DNA of 32,000 nt, taken from positions 210,001 to 242,000 of the forward strand of contig NZ_RSDW01000001.1 in the NCBI RefSeq assembly GCF_003945235.1, read 5' to 3'. The DNA comes from Edaphobacter aggregans. Its GTDB lineage: Bacteria > Acidobacteriota > Terriglobia > Terriglobales > Acidobacteriaceae. Shown here in pieces: positions 15,213 through 24,490 of the stretch (positions are counted from its first letter, which is position 1; each line of letters begins with the position of its first letter). The notes beneath the pieces are model-generated. The model was not told the DNA's origin and searched no databases. It saw nothing but the letters and a program-made list of their open reading frames with translations. Position numbers and translations under genes: made by a program.

Positions 15213-17675
15213 ATGGACCTGAACCAACTCCTCCACAAGACCTTCGGCTTCCCCAACTTCCGCGCCAACCAGGAAGCAGTTTGTCGCGCCGCCACCGAAG
15301 GCCGCGACGTCCTCCTCGTCATGCCCACCGGAGCAGGCAAATCCCTCTGCTACCAACTCCCCGCCATCGCCCGCGGAGGCACCGCCCTCGTCATCAGCCC
15401 CCTCATCGCCCTCATGGACGACCAGGCCGCCAAACTCACCGCCCTCGGCCTTCGTGTCGCCCGAATTCACTCCGGTCTCTCCCGCGACGAAGCCCGTCAG
15501 GCATGCCGCGACTACCTCGACGGTACCCTTCAGTTCCTCTTCATCGCCCCCGAGCGCATGCGCGTCCCCAACTTCCCCGAGATGCTCGCCAAGCGCAAGC
15601 CCGCCCTTATCGCCATCGACGAAGCCCACTGCATATCGCAATGGGGACACGACTTCAGGCCCGACTACCGTACTCTCGGCGCCTACCTCCCCTCCCTGCG
15701 TCCCGCCCCCGTCATCGCCCTCACCGCCACTGCCACCCCCACCGTCCAGAAGGACATCGTCACCCAACTCCAGCTCGCGCAACCCGCCCTCTTCATCCAT
15801 GGATTCCGCCGCCACAATCTCGCCATCGAGGTCGTCGAGCTCTCCAAGCCCCGCCGCAACCAGTTCACCGTAGACCTCCTCAAATCCCCCGCCAACCGCC
15901 CCGCCATCGTCTACGCGCCCAGCCGCAAAGCCGCCGAAGAACTAGCCTCCACCCTCGGCGGAAACGCCGCCGCCTACCATGCAGGCCTCGACCCCGGCAC
16001 ACGCGAGCGAGTCCAGCGCCACTTCCTCTCCGGCAAACTCGAGGTAGTCGTCGCCACCATAGCCTTCGGCATGGGCATCGACAAAGCCGATGTCCGCACC
16101 GTGGTCCACACCGCCCTTCCCGGTAGCGTCGAAGCCTACTACCAGGAGATCGGCCGTGCCGGACGCGACGGCCAACCCTCCCGCACCGTTCTCCTCCACT
16201 CCTTCGCGGACCGCAAGATGCACGACTTCTTCCTCGATCGCGACTACCCCGCCCCCACCGAACTCTCCCGCGTAGCCGCCGTACTCACCGGCGACTATCA
16301 AATGCCCGACATCCTCCGCCAACGCCTCCACATGGATGTCGAAACCTTCGACAAAGCCGTAGAAAAACTAGCATCCCAGGGCGCAGCCTCCATCAACATA
16401 GAAGGCAACGTCCGCAGTACCGGCCACACCACATGGCGCACCGGCTACGACGCTCAACTCGCCTTCCGCCGTAGCCAGATCGACCGCATGGCCGCCTTCG
16501 CCGAAACCCCGCAATGCCGCATGACCGCCCTCATTCAGCACTTCGGCGATACTGCAGACGGCCTCCGCCCCTGCGGCCACTGCGACTTCTGTTCCCCCGA
16601 ACGCGCCACCGCTCAAACCTTCCGCGCCCCCAGCTCACAGGAAGACCGGCAACTCCGCACCATCCTCGACGCCCTGCAAGGCGCAGCCCCCCGAGCCACC
16701 GGCAAGCTCCACTCCGATCTAGCCCTAGGAATCGACCGCAAACACTTTGATTCATATCTCGAAGCCTTAACCCGCGCCGGTCTCATCACTCTCACCACCG
16801 ACACCTTCACCAGCAAAGACGACGGCCGCGAGATCACCTTCAAACGAGCCGCCCTGACCCACGAAGGCCGCACCCTGGGCACACACGAACCTCTAGCTGT
16901 CCATATAAAAGACACCACAGCATCCACCACGCAAAAATCCCGCAAGACCTCCAGTCAAAAGCCTTCCTCAACTTCACGCAAAGCTGAAAAAGCCGAATCC
17001 ATCGCCGCCTACACACCCAATCAGAAAGATCTCGATGCTCGCCTCCGCGAATGGCGTAAAGCCGAAGCAGCCAAAACCGGCAAGCCAGCCTTCATCGTCT
17101 TCTCGGACACTGTCCTCAACGCCATCGTCCAAACTCACCCCACAACCATCCCACAACTCCTCAACATCTCCGGCATAGGCCCTGACAAAGCCGACCGCCA
17201 CGGAGCCGCCGTCATCGCCATCTGTACCTCAAAACCGATCCCCGGCGACTACGGCGTCATACCGACACATGCAACCCCGCCGAAAACGAAGCAGCCGAAA
17301 ACAGCGCGTAGCATCGCTTCTAGGTACCCCAAGACTTCAGCCTTGGGTCTCTCAACCGGTCACGAAGAAGGAGTTTTAGCCCCTGGGGCAACACTCCCCG
17401 TCGAGACCTTCACCCGCCCTCGCCTCGCTGCCTCCGAACCAACCGACGCCCTTACCCCGTCCCAACAATCCCTCGACCAGCGCCTCCGCGAGTGGCGCAG
17501 ATCAGAATCCGAAAAGCTAGGCCTCCCTCAATTCTTCGTACTCGGCTCCTCTACCCTCCGCAGCATCGTCCTTAACCGCCCTCAAACTCTCACCCAGCTC
17601 AGATCGATCACAGGCCTCAACCCGGAGAAAGCCGAAAAGTACGGCCCAGCCATCATCGAAGTCTGCACAGCCTGA
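15213..17675 (+). CDS. recQ: RecQ-family ATP-dependent DNA helicase with Zn-binding/RQC region and two HRDC domains
   Basis: Helicase motifs are FRANQ, MPTGAGKSLCYQLPA, DEAHCISQWGHDFRPDY, ALTATA and QEIGRAGRDG. The zinc finger is CRM...CGHCDFC. Two HRDC-like modules are present (LDARLREWRK...ISGIGPDKADRHG and LDQRLREWRR...ITGLNPEKAEKYG). Confidence 0.92.
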   Translation: MDLNQLLHKTFGFPNFRANQEAVCRAATEGRDVLLVMPTGAGKSLCYQLPAIARGGTALVISPLIALMDDQAAKLTALGLRVARIHSGLSRDEARQACRDYLDGTLQFLFIAPERMRVPNFPEMLAKRKPALIAIDEAHCISQWGHDFRPDYRTLGAYLPSLRPAPVIALTATATPTVQKDIVTQLQLAQPALFIHGFRRHNLAIEVVELSKPRRNQFTVDLLKSPANRPAIVYAPSRKAAEELASTLGGNAAAYHAGLDPGTRERVQRHFLSGKLEVVVATIAFGMGIDKADVRTVVHTALPGSVEAYYQEIGRAGRDGQPSRTVLLHSFADRKMHDFFLDRDYPAPTELSRVAAVLTGDYQMPDILRQRLHMDVETFDKAVEKLASQGAASINIEGNVRSTGHTTWRTGYDAQLAFRRSQIDRMAAFAETPQCRMTALIQHFGDTADGLRPCGHCDFCSPERATAQTFRAPSSQEDRQLRTILDALQGAAPRATGKLHSDLALGIDRKHFDSYLEALTRAGLITLTTDTFTSKDDGREITFKRAALTHEGRTLGTHEPLAVHIKDTTASTTQKSRKTSSQKPSSTSRKAEKAESIAAYTPNQKDLDARLREWRKAEAAKTGKPAFIVFSDTVLNAIVQTHPTTIPQLLNISGIGPDKADRHGAAVIAICTSKPIPGDYGVIPTHATPPKTKQPKTARSIASRYPKTSALGLSTGHEEGVLAPGATLPVETFTRPRLAASEPTDALTPSQQSLDQRLREWRRSESEKLGLPQFFVLGSSTLRSIVLNRPQTLTQLRSITGLNPEKAEKYGPAIIEVCTA

Positions 17676-17734
17676 CCGCAAGTGAATACCTATTCATCCA
17701 CGCTGTAATGTGCTAACGTGCAAATCACGAAGCC

Positions 17735-18238
17735 ATGCCCATACCTGACACATCCCGCCACACTCCCGCATCCATGGATGCAAACCCAAACATCGAGAAG
17801 CGAGCCAGCCACTGCTTCGGCTGCGGCCCTGCCAATCCCCAAGGCCTCCATCTCGTCTTCACCACCGATACATCCAACCCCGACATCCCCGTCGCCACCA
17901 CCCAATTCCAGCTCGACCGTCTACACGAAGGCCCCCCCGGCTACATCCACGGAGGCATCGTAGCCACACTCCTCGACGAGGCCATGAGCAAGCTCAACCG
18001 CCCCCTCAACGTCCTCGCCATGACACGCCACATGGAGATCGACTACCTCCACCCGGTTCCGCTCTACCAGTCGCTAGTCCTCACCAGCCGTCACCTCAGC
18101 CGCGAAGGCCGCAAGCTCTTCCACCGGGCCGAAATCCAGCGCCCCGACGGGACCGTCCTGGCTCGCGCCAAAGGCCTCTTCATCGTCATCGACGCCAGGC
18201 TCCTCGCCCTCGCCGGCCTCACCCAACCCGAATCCTGA
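17735..18238 (+). CDS. PaaI-family hotdog-fold thioesterase
   Basis: 167 aa with CFGCGPANPQGLHL and the hotdog core GPPGYIHGGIVATLLDEAM. Confidence 0.8.
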   Translation: MPIPDTSRHTPASMDANPNIEKRASHCFGCGPANPQGLHLVFTTDTSNPDIPVATTQFQLDRLHEGPPGYIHGGIVATLLDEAMSKLNRPLNVLAMTRHMEIDYLHPVPLYQSLVLTSRHLSREGRKLFHRAEIQRPDGTVLARAKGLFIVIDARLLALAGLTQPES

Positions 18239-18277
18239 TTTGTCTTTGCTCTCTATTCCCTATCCCTACCCCCTGCT

Positions 18278-18997
18278 TCACCCAGCCTCCCCCCAATACC
18301 CCTGATCGCGCAGAAAATACCCATCATCCCAGCTATGCACCATGGTCTTGAAGAACATCCAGACCATCCGGCCATGCCCCAGTTTTTGAAACCGCCGATT
18401 CGTAGTCAGTATCTTTCCCCGAACAATCCGAAACCGCAACCGCGCCACGCCCTTCGACAGCAGATAATCCTCAGCAAACAGCGCCCGCTCATTGAATCCA
18501 CCCAGAGCCCAGAAGGCCTCGCGGTCGAACAGCATAAACATCCCTGTAGCAAATGGCTTCAAAAACGACCCGACGTGCTGCATAAAGTTGTTCCCCGCAT
18601 ACAGCGCATCGTCAAAGAAATTCCCTTCCCTGCAAGCGATACTCGTCGTCACCAAGTGCAGATTCCGCCGCCGCATCCTCCACAAAGCGCGCCGCAGCAG
18701 TGTAGGCTCAGGCAACTCCACATCGGCATCCAAAAAAAGCACATATTCTGTCGTAGCCAGCTTCGCCCCCGCATTGCGCCCCACAGAAGGTAGCCCCCCC
18801 GGAATCACCTCCACCGCCAAACGATCCCGAAAACTCAGCGCAACCTCCACGGTCCCATCGGTCGAACCCGCATCGGCCACAATCACCCGAGTCGCACCCA
18901 TTCCCTCATAATCCTGCCGGCAAAGCGACCGCAGCAGCTTAGGCAACATCTCCGCTTCATTCTTCGCGGGAATCACAATCGTCAGTTCAGCGTCCAT
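18278..18997 (-). CDS. Family 2 glycosyltransferase
   Basis: The GT-A signature is LTIVIPAKNEAEMLPKLLRSL..QDY...VIVADAGSTDGT...FLDADVE. The preferred start is ATG 18997, with GGAGG 5 nt upstream. The track start at 19021 is a GTG. Confidence 0.85.
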   Translation of the reverse strand: MDAELTIVIPAKNEAEMLPKLLRSLCRQDYEGMGATRVIVADAGSTDGTVEVALSFRDRLAVEVIPGGLPSVGRNAGAKLATTEYVLFLDADVELPEPTLLRRALWRMRRRNLHLVTTSIACREGNFFDDALYAGNNFMQHVGSFLKPFATGMFMLFDREAFWALGGFNERALFAEDYLLSKGVARLRFRIVRGKILTTNRRFQKLGHGRMVWMFFKTMVHSWDDGYFLRDQGYWGEAG

Positions 18998-19230
18998 CCG
19001 CACCTCCAGCGGTATGCCCACACCGCTCCGTAAGCGCAGCTTGAGCCCTCAACGCACTCTTGCCGATAAACCACAGTTGAATATTCAGCAAATTCCGCCC
19101 ATCACGTCCATGGCTCATTAACCCTTAAAGAGAAATTCATCAACGCCCAACAAAGCTGATAAACTGTAGATTCTCGCGGTCCAACGCCTAAAACACAGCA
19201 CAGCAACCGCGGCTCCCAAGGAGATTCGTC

Positions 19231-20184
19231 ATGGCAGACCACACCACCAACGGCAACTTCAGCAGCCCCTCCCTCCGACTCAAGACCGGCCTGGCCGAGA
19301 TGCTCAAAGGTGGAGTCATCATGGACGTCATGAACGTCGAGCAGGCGCGCATCGCCGAAGAAGCCGGCGCCATCTCCGTCATGGCCCTCGAGCGCGTCCC
19401 TGCCATGATTCGCGCCGAAGGCGGCGTCGCCCGCATGGCGAACCCCAAGCTCATCAAGCAGATAATCAACGCTGTCTCCATCCCCGTCATGGCCAAGGCC
19501 CGAATCGGCCACTTCGCCGAAGCCCAGGTCTTGCAGGAACTCGGCGTCGACTTCATCGACGAATCCGAAGTCCTCACTCCCGCCGACGAGACCTTCCACA
19601 TCGACAAGCACGCCTTCACCACTCCCTTCGTCTGCGGTGCCCGCAACCTCGGTGAAGCTCTCCGCCGCATCGCCGAAGGCGCAGCCATGATCCGCACCAA
19701 GGGCGAGCCCGGCACCGGCGACGTCGTCCACGCCGTTCAACACATGCGTCAGATCGTTCGCGAGATCAAAGCCCTCACTGTCCTCGGCGACGAAGAGCTC
19801 TACAACGCCGCCAAGGTCCACGGCGCACCCTACGAGCTCGTCCGCATGGTCGCCAAATCCGGCAAGCTGCCCGTCCCCAACTTCTCCGCTGGTGGCATCG
19901 CTACGCCCGCAGACGCCGCCCTCATGATGCAGCTCGGCGCGGAAACCATCTTCGTAGGCTCCGGCATCTTCATGAAGGAACGCGCCACCCCGCTCGACGT
20001 CGAAAACGATCCAGCCGAACGCGCCGAAGCCGTCTCCCGCGCCAAGGCCATTGTCATCGCCACCACCCACTTCAACGACCCAAAGATCGTCGCCGAGGCC
20101 AGCGAAGCCGTCACCGGAACCATGAAGGGCCTCGCCGCCGCCGCCATTGAAGAGTCCCAGCTCATGCAAACCCGCGGCTGGTAA
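19231..20184 (+). CDS. pdxS: Pyridoxal 5'-phosphate synthase, lyase subunit
   Basis: Highly conserved PdxS sequence: [45 protein letters not shown]...[31 protein letters not shown] lies upstream. Confidence 0.97.
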   Translation: MADHTTNGNFSSPSLRLKTGLAEMLKGGVIMDVMNVEQARIAEEAGAISVMALERVPAMIRAEGGVARMANPKLIKQIINAVSIPVMAKARIGHFAEAQVLQELGVDFIDESEVLTPADETFHIDKHAFTTPFVCGARNLGEALRRIAEGAAMIRTKGEPGTGDVVHAVQHMRQIVREIKALTVLGDEELYNAAKVHGAPYELVRMVAKSGKLPVPNFSAGGIATPADAALMMQLGAETIFVGSGIFMKERATPLDVENDPAERAEAVSRAKAIVIATTHFNDPKIVAEASEAVTGTMKGLAAAAIEESQLMQTRGW

Positions 20185-20234
20185 CACCAGCCGCAGCGAC
20201 CAGAAAGCCCAGCGGAGTATCAGGTGTTGCTTTC

Positions 20235-20609
20235 ATGACGAACAAGTCAATCGCTCTCGTCGTGCCTGTGCTGCCTGTAAGCGACCTCACACGCGCCATC
20301 GACTTCTACCATCGCCTCGGCTTCACCTCCAAACGTTATAGAGATGGGGACTTCTACGCCTTCATCCAGCGTGACGGTCACGAGCTCCATCTCCGCAAGT
20401 TCAGCACTCTCAATGCTGAGCAGAATCCAACCAGCGTTTACTTCTATCTGATCGAAGGCACAGCCGCAGCCCTTGAAGCCGAATTCCGCGCCTCAGGCAT
20501 CACCATCCGCGAGCCTCTCGCCCCACGCGAATGGAAGATGAACGAGTTCGTCCTGAACGACCCCGACGGGAACCAGCTAGTCTTCGGCGAAAACATCCCA
20601 TCAGCCTGA
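20235..20609 (+). CDS. VOC-family (glyoxalase/bleomycin-resistance fold) protein
   Basis: 124 aa with the pattern VPVLPVSDLTRAIDFYHRLGF...DGHELHL...EFVLNDPDGNQLVFGE, typical of small VOC/bleomycin-binding-like proteins. Confidence 0.8.
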   Translation: MTNKSIALVVPVLPVSDLTRAIDFYHRLGFTSKRYRDGDFYAFIQRDGHELHLRKFSTLNAEQNPTSVYFYLIEGTAAALEAEFRASGITIREPLAPREWKMNEFVLNDPDGNQLVFGENIPSA

Positions 20610-20923
20610 ATAAAGCCTCGCTGTGCAAATAGCCGGACGATCGAAGGACAACTTTGGCGAACTAATGAGGTCCATTCTCGGATTGGGAAATTGGCGTCAG
20701 CGTCATCAAATTTCTGAGCTTTACTTCCGTCGCACGGCATCTGGGTCAGTTTCCCGGGCCTGAGAAGTTTAACCGCAACACCTGTGCCACCGCCGTTGGT
20801 TCCCCATGCCACAATAGGCTTTAGTATCGGCTCGTCCGGACCCTTCTGAATCGCGATCGGCTTTTGTCGTATCTAAATCAACAGAGCGCGAGTCCACCGT
20901 TCCAGGAAGAAGGCCAATCCATA

Positions 20924-21574
20924 ATGGCCCATCAGTTCTCGACCCTCACCTTCACCGACGACATCAAAGCAGTCCAGCGCGAGATGGGCAGCCGCTCAGC
21001 CAACGAAAAACTGACCGAGCGAGGCCCAGCCAACGACACATTGAGCGACTTCGAAAAAGACTTCATCTCCCGTCGCGATGGCTTCTACATCTCCACCATA
21101 GGCGAGTCAGGCTGGCCCTATATTCAGTTTCGTGGCGGTCCTGTCGGCTTCCTCCACATCGTCGACGATCGCACCCTCGCCTACGCTGACATCACCGGCA
21201 ACCGCCAGTACATCACCACCGGCAACCTCCGCACCGACCATCGCGCCGCCCTCTTTCTCATGGACTACCCCTACCAGAGCAGGCTCAAGATACTCTCCAA
21301 CGTCGAATCCATACCCTGGGACGAAGCGCCCGATTGGAAGAACCAACTGAAAATTCCCCTCAAAGGTCGCCCCGAGCGTCTCATCCTCATTCACCTCGCC
21401 GCCTTCGATTGGAACTGCCCCCAAAACATCCCCCAACGCTGGACTCTGGATGAACTGAAACAAACTCAACTCTTTGACCGCATTCAATCTCTCGAAGACG
21501 AAGTCCGGAATCTTCGCACAGAACTCGCCCAGGCACGTTCAGATGCCCCGCCTGGTCATCCGCAAGGGTCCTGA
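20924..21574 (+). CDS. PNPOx-like FMN-binding split-barrel family protein with C-terminal coiled-coil tail
   Basis: Motifs are FYISTIGESGWPYIQFRGGPVGFLHIVDDRTLAYADITGNRQYITTGNL...ALFLMDYPYQSRLKI...AFDWNCPQNIPQRW. This matches the widespread 'pyridoxamine 5'-phosphate oxidase family protein' pattern as I recall it. ATG 20924 is preferred over the TTG at 20864. Confidence 0.8.
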   Translation: MAHQFSTLTFTDDIKAVQREMGSRSANEKLTERGPANDTLSDFEKDFISRRDGFYISTIGESGWPYIQFRGGPVGFLHIVDDRTLAYADITGNRQYITTGNLRTDHRAALFLMDYPYQSRLKILSNVESIPWDEAPDWKNQLKIPLKGRPERLILIHLAAFDWNCPQNIPQRWTLDELKQTQLFDRIQSLEDEVRNLRTELAQARSDAPPGHPQGS

Positions 21575-21602
21575 TCCTCACCAAAACCCTTTCGCTGAAC
21601 GC

Positions 21603-22919
21603 CTACCTCGACTGAGATGTAGGTGGACCTTGCGCATCGGCATCGGTCAGCGTGTTCAAAAAGGCCAGGACATCGTCGATATCCCGCGCATTCCAAACCG
21701 GAGCTTGTCCCGGATGCCGTGTCAGCGGCTCGTCCACCACATCGACGTTCCCGCGCAAATACGCCGGCAGATCGTCGAACTTCTCTACTCTTCCACCCGC
21801 ACCCTTGCCATACCACTTCTCCGGGTTGGTATCGCGCTCGACATAAAACTCAAGCGCCTCCCTCAGAGAATGAAACCGTCCATTATGAAAGAACGCGCCA
21901 CGAGTAGCGATATTCCGCAGCGTCGGCGTCCGAAACATCCCACAAAACCCACGTTCTCCCCGCTGATCACTCCGCACCGGCCCACACAGCCCCATGTCGT
22001 AGTAGCTCGCCACGCGATTAGCCTTCAACTCGCGGTTCCGCGGCACACCTAGCGCCTCAAACTGAAAATCCGTGAAGATCGGATGAGACCCATCCGCCCC
22101 GCGCTGACTCAGGTGACAGCTCGCGCAGTTCCCCCGCGCCGGATCATTGAACAAAGCAAACCCACGCTGCTCGGTCTCCGTTAGCTGAACCTTCCCATCC
22201 ATCCACTGATCGAACCGGCTGCTGAGCGGATAGAAACTCGGATCCTCAAACTGAAACCTCTCAACCGCAGTCCCTACTGCTGCCAGAGTCTTCTGCGGAT
22301 CCTCCAGCACATGTTCCCCAAAGACACGCCGGAACTCTGCAGCATAGGGTGCTTTCCTTACGGCCGCAGCAACATGCTCCGCATCCGGATTCGCCATCTC
22401 GTCAGGGTTGAGCAGCGGAAACGCAGCCTGCGCCGACGGTGTATTGAACCTGCCATCCCAACCCAACCCACCCGTCGGCGGATTATCGCCCTTGGCCAGC
22501 TCTTCAATCCTCTCAAAGCGACTAGCTGCCCATTCCTGATGCCACCGCGGCACATGCAGCAGCGTATACCGCAGCGAAGGCACAGCCCGCGCCCCTTGTC
22601 GATCTAGCTTGACCCCACCGAACTGAACCGCCATTGCATTCGCTGGCCCATACGCATGCTCTGGATCATGGCAACTCGAACAGGACACCCGGCCCGAAGC
22701 CGACAGTGTCGAATCGAAAAAGATCAGCTTCCCGAGACTCGCAGCCGGAGACAGCTCATGAACCGCGGGTTTGACAGCATCCACCTGTCGCAGCTTCGCG
22801 GGTCGCGAAGCACACCCGACAAGCCAGAGAATCGCCACCAGAGTCATCGACAGTGCCGTCAAAACTGGACGCACCCTGCCAATCGATTGCAGAAAATAGT
22901 TCGACTTCAACAAAAACAA
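21603..22919 (-). CDS. Di-haem cytochrome c peroxidase (CCP/MauG family), probable lipoprotein
   Basis: Two CxxCH sites are present (CSSCH, CASCH), plus FRTPTLRNIATRGAFFHNG. The signal ends in the lipobox LVGC. The start is uncertain: TTG 22919 is the longest option, and GTG 22874 gives MRPVLTALSMTLVAILWLVGC. Confidence 0.85.
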   Translation of the reverse strand: MFLLKSNYFLQSIGRVRPVLTALSMTLVAILWLVGCASRPAKLRQVDAVKPAVHELSPAASLGKLIFFDSTLSASGRVSCSSCHDPEHAYGPANAMAVQFGGVKLDRQGARAVPSLRYTLLHVPRWHQEWAASRFERIEELAKGDNPPTGGLGWDGRFNTPSAQAAFPLLNPDEMANPDAEHVAAAVRKAPYAAEFRRVFGEHVLEDPQKTLAAVGTAVERFQFEDPSFYPLSSRFDQWMDGKVQLTETEQRGFALFNDPARGNCASCHLSQRGADGSHPIFTDFQFEALGVPRNRELKANRVASYYDMGLCGPVRSDQRGERGFCGMFRTPTLRNIATRGAFFHNGRFHSLREALEFYVERDTNPEKWYGKGAGGRVEKFDDLPAYLRGNVDVVDEPLTRHPGQAPVWNARDIDDVLAFLNTLTDADAQGPPTSQSR

Positions 22920-22930
22920 AAACCTATCGC

Positions 22931-22942
22931 GGGGATATCCCC
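22931..22942. promoter_or_regulatory. Perfect 12-bp palindrome GGGGATATCCCC immediately upstream of the peroxidase gene
   Basis: Read directly from the sequence. It lies 12 nt upstream of the longest-ORF start at 22919. It is a candidate operator or hairpin. Function is unproven. Confidence 0.25.
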
Positions 22943-22978
22943 GAAGTGCTTAGCAATTTTGAGTGCAATCAACATGAT

Positions 22979-23014
22979 GAATCTGCGGCGCCGCAAGCTA
23001 GACGCCGCAGATTC
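22979..23014 (-). terminator. 12-bp perfect stem-loop just after the phosphoesterase stop
   Basis: gaatctgcggcg (22979-22990) pairs with cgccgcagattc (23003-23014) across a 12-nt loop. It begins 9 nt after the stop at 23023. The U-tract is weak. Confidence 0.5.
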
Positions 23015-23022
23015 AATTCAGA

Positions 23023-24267
23023 TCACAGACCAGTAAAGACATCCGCACCGAACGTGCCCGCACCCGGCTCCTGAGCGTAACCAAGATGACCTAGCCCAAA
23101 GATGTCCTCGATACTGCGCAGCATCGAGTAGTGGTTGTATCCCGTCGTCGTGACGGTGCCTCCCTTGATAAATGGCGAAAGCAGTACAGCGCCAGTGTTG
23201 TCTCCACCGTAGCTCGTATAAGTCAGAGTGTACGTGGCACCTCCCGACTTGATGCTGCTGCTCTGCGGATACGCCGGGAGATTCGGCCCGGGCTGCTCGT
23301 TGCAGCACACGCCTCCGTTGAAGGTAATAGCAACGCCAGTCGACGACGGAACCACACTGCCGTAGGTACTCTCATCGAAGTTGATGATGATCAACCCATC
23401 GGCCTTGTACGCCGCCGAAGCGGTAATGATGGGAATCCATTTCTGCAGGAAGGCATCGGCTGAAACCAACCCACCCGGTCGCCCATCGACGCACGGAGCA
23501 TCGTGACCGTCATCGCACAGGCTCGGCGTGATGAAGTTGAAGTTCGCCGTAGTCGATGCGCTCGCCAGGTCGTTCTGCAGATTCTTGTCCAGATTCACAA
23601 CATTAGACTGGCAGTCCGGCGAATCGATGATCGAGTGAAAGTACATAAACGGGTTGTGCCGCGTCGCGTACTGATCGCCCAGAGGAACCGCAGCCGACGG
23701 AGCCTCGGCGGTCTGTGTCAGGTCTGTCGTATTGAGCGCCGGGTGACCGCAAGTCGCCGACTCACGCGCCGGGTCGTTCCCCATGTCGCCCATGTAGCCC
23801 TTCCACGTCAGTCCTTTCCCCTTCAGCTGGTCAGGCAGGGTCTTCACACTTGCCGGGTAGACACACCCTGTACCCACGGCGAGCTGGTCCTGAAACGTAG
23901 TGCTCGTCTGCGCAAAATCTGCATACGTAATGCAGTCAGAGATCGTCTGTGGAGTGCCGGGCTGTCCGCTCAGCATGGAAACGTAGTTATCCAGCGATAC
24001 ATGGCCCGTCCCGTAATAGCCACTGAGCAGCGCTCCCTGCGCCGTCAAAGTCTTGGCAAGGTAAGGCGACGGCGTGCTAGCACCAAAGGTAGTCGAATAG
24101 TTCTCGTTCTCAAGCGTAATGACCCAGACGTGCTTGACCTTGCCCGACACCAGGCTAGCGTTTGTACTTGTGCTGTCGCCGTTAGAGCATGCCACGATCA
24201 CCGCGCCAATCCCCGCTGCGATCAATACAACTAGAGCCGTAATCCATCTCTTCTTGTTGAACATCAT
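23023..24267 (-). CDS. Phosphoesterase-family protein (phospholipase C / AcpA-type acid phosphatase family), lipoprotein
   Basis: The motif KHVWVITLENENYSTTFG is characteristic of the phosphoesterase (PF04185-type) family. The signal MMFNKKRWITALVVLIAAGIGAVIVAC carries the lipobox IVAC. The start is ATG 24267 (or 24264). The track start at 24351 is rejected. Confidence 0.8.
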   Translation of the reverse strand: MMFNKKRWITALVVLIAAGIGAVIVACSNGDSTSTNASLVSGKVKHVWVITLENENYSTTFGASTPSPYLAKTLTAQGALLSGYYGTGHVSLDNYVSMLSGQPGTPQTISDCITYADFAQTSTTFQDQLAVGTGCVYPASVKTLPDQLKGKGLTWKGYMGDMGNDPARESATCGHPALNTTDLTQTAEAPSAAVPLGDQYATRHNPFMYFHSIIDSPDCQSNVVNLDKNLQNDLASASTTANFNFITPSLCDDGHDAPCVDGRPGGLVSADAFLQKWIPIITASAAYKADGLIIINFDESTYGSVVPSSTGVAITFNGGVCCNEQPGPNLPAYPQSSSIKSGGATYTLTYTSYGGDNTGAVLLSPFIKGGTVTTTGYNHYSMLRSIEDIFGLGHLGYAQEPGAGTFGADVFTGL

Positions 24268-24439
24268 GTATTTAGGTTCCTGCCTCCGTATAGCTGCAGT
24301 ATGCTGCCCCCTCATTAACAAGAAATAAAATCCGAGCGCCGAAGCCACCAATTACGGCCATCCCAGCATCAAATGCGCCCTTCACCGCTAACTTGCTCCC
24401 CATAGCTATACTGAAGAGAAGCGTCTCAGCTTATATCCC

Positions 24440-24473
24440 GGTCGGCAATCAGTCTCACTCCTGTCTGCCGACC
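24440..24473 (+). promoter_or_regulatory. 8-bp stem-loop in the pdxT leader
   Basis: ggtcggca (24440-24447) pairs with tgccgacc (24466-24473) across an 18-nt loop. The structure ends 17 nt before the pdxT ATG, and no SD is visible between them. Confidence 0.3.
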
Positions 24474-24490
24474 CGACGAGTATCCGTTCG

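Noticed and set aside
15120-16126. ORFs 15120..15815 (-) and 15281..16126 (+)
   Set aside because: These are antisense and off-frame shadows of recQ, whose frame carries all the helicase motifs.
19102-20187. 361-aa minus-strand ORF
   Set aside because: It is exactly antisense to the unmistakable pdxS gene. The Gly/Asp/Ala/Val-rich product is typical of antisense frames in high-GC DNA.
23503-24234. 243-aa + ORF
   Set aside because: It is antisense to the phosphoesterase gene and Arg-rich, with no motifs.
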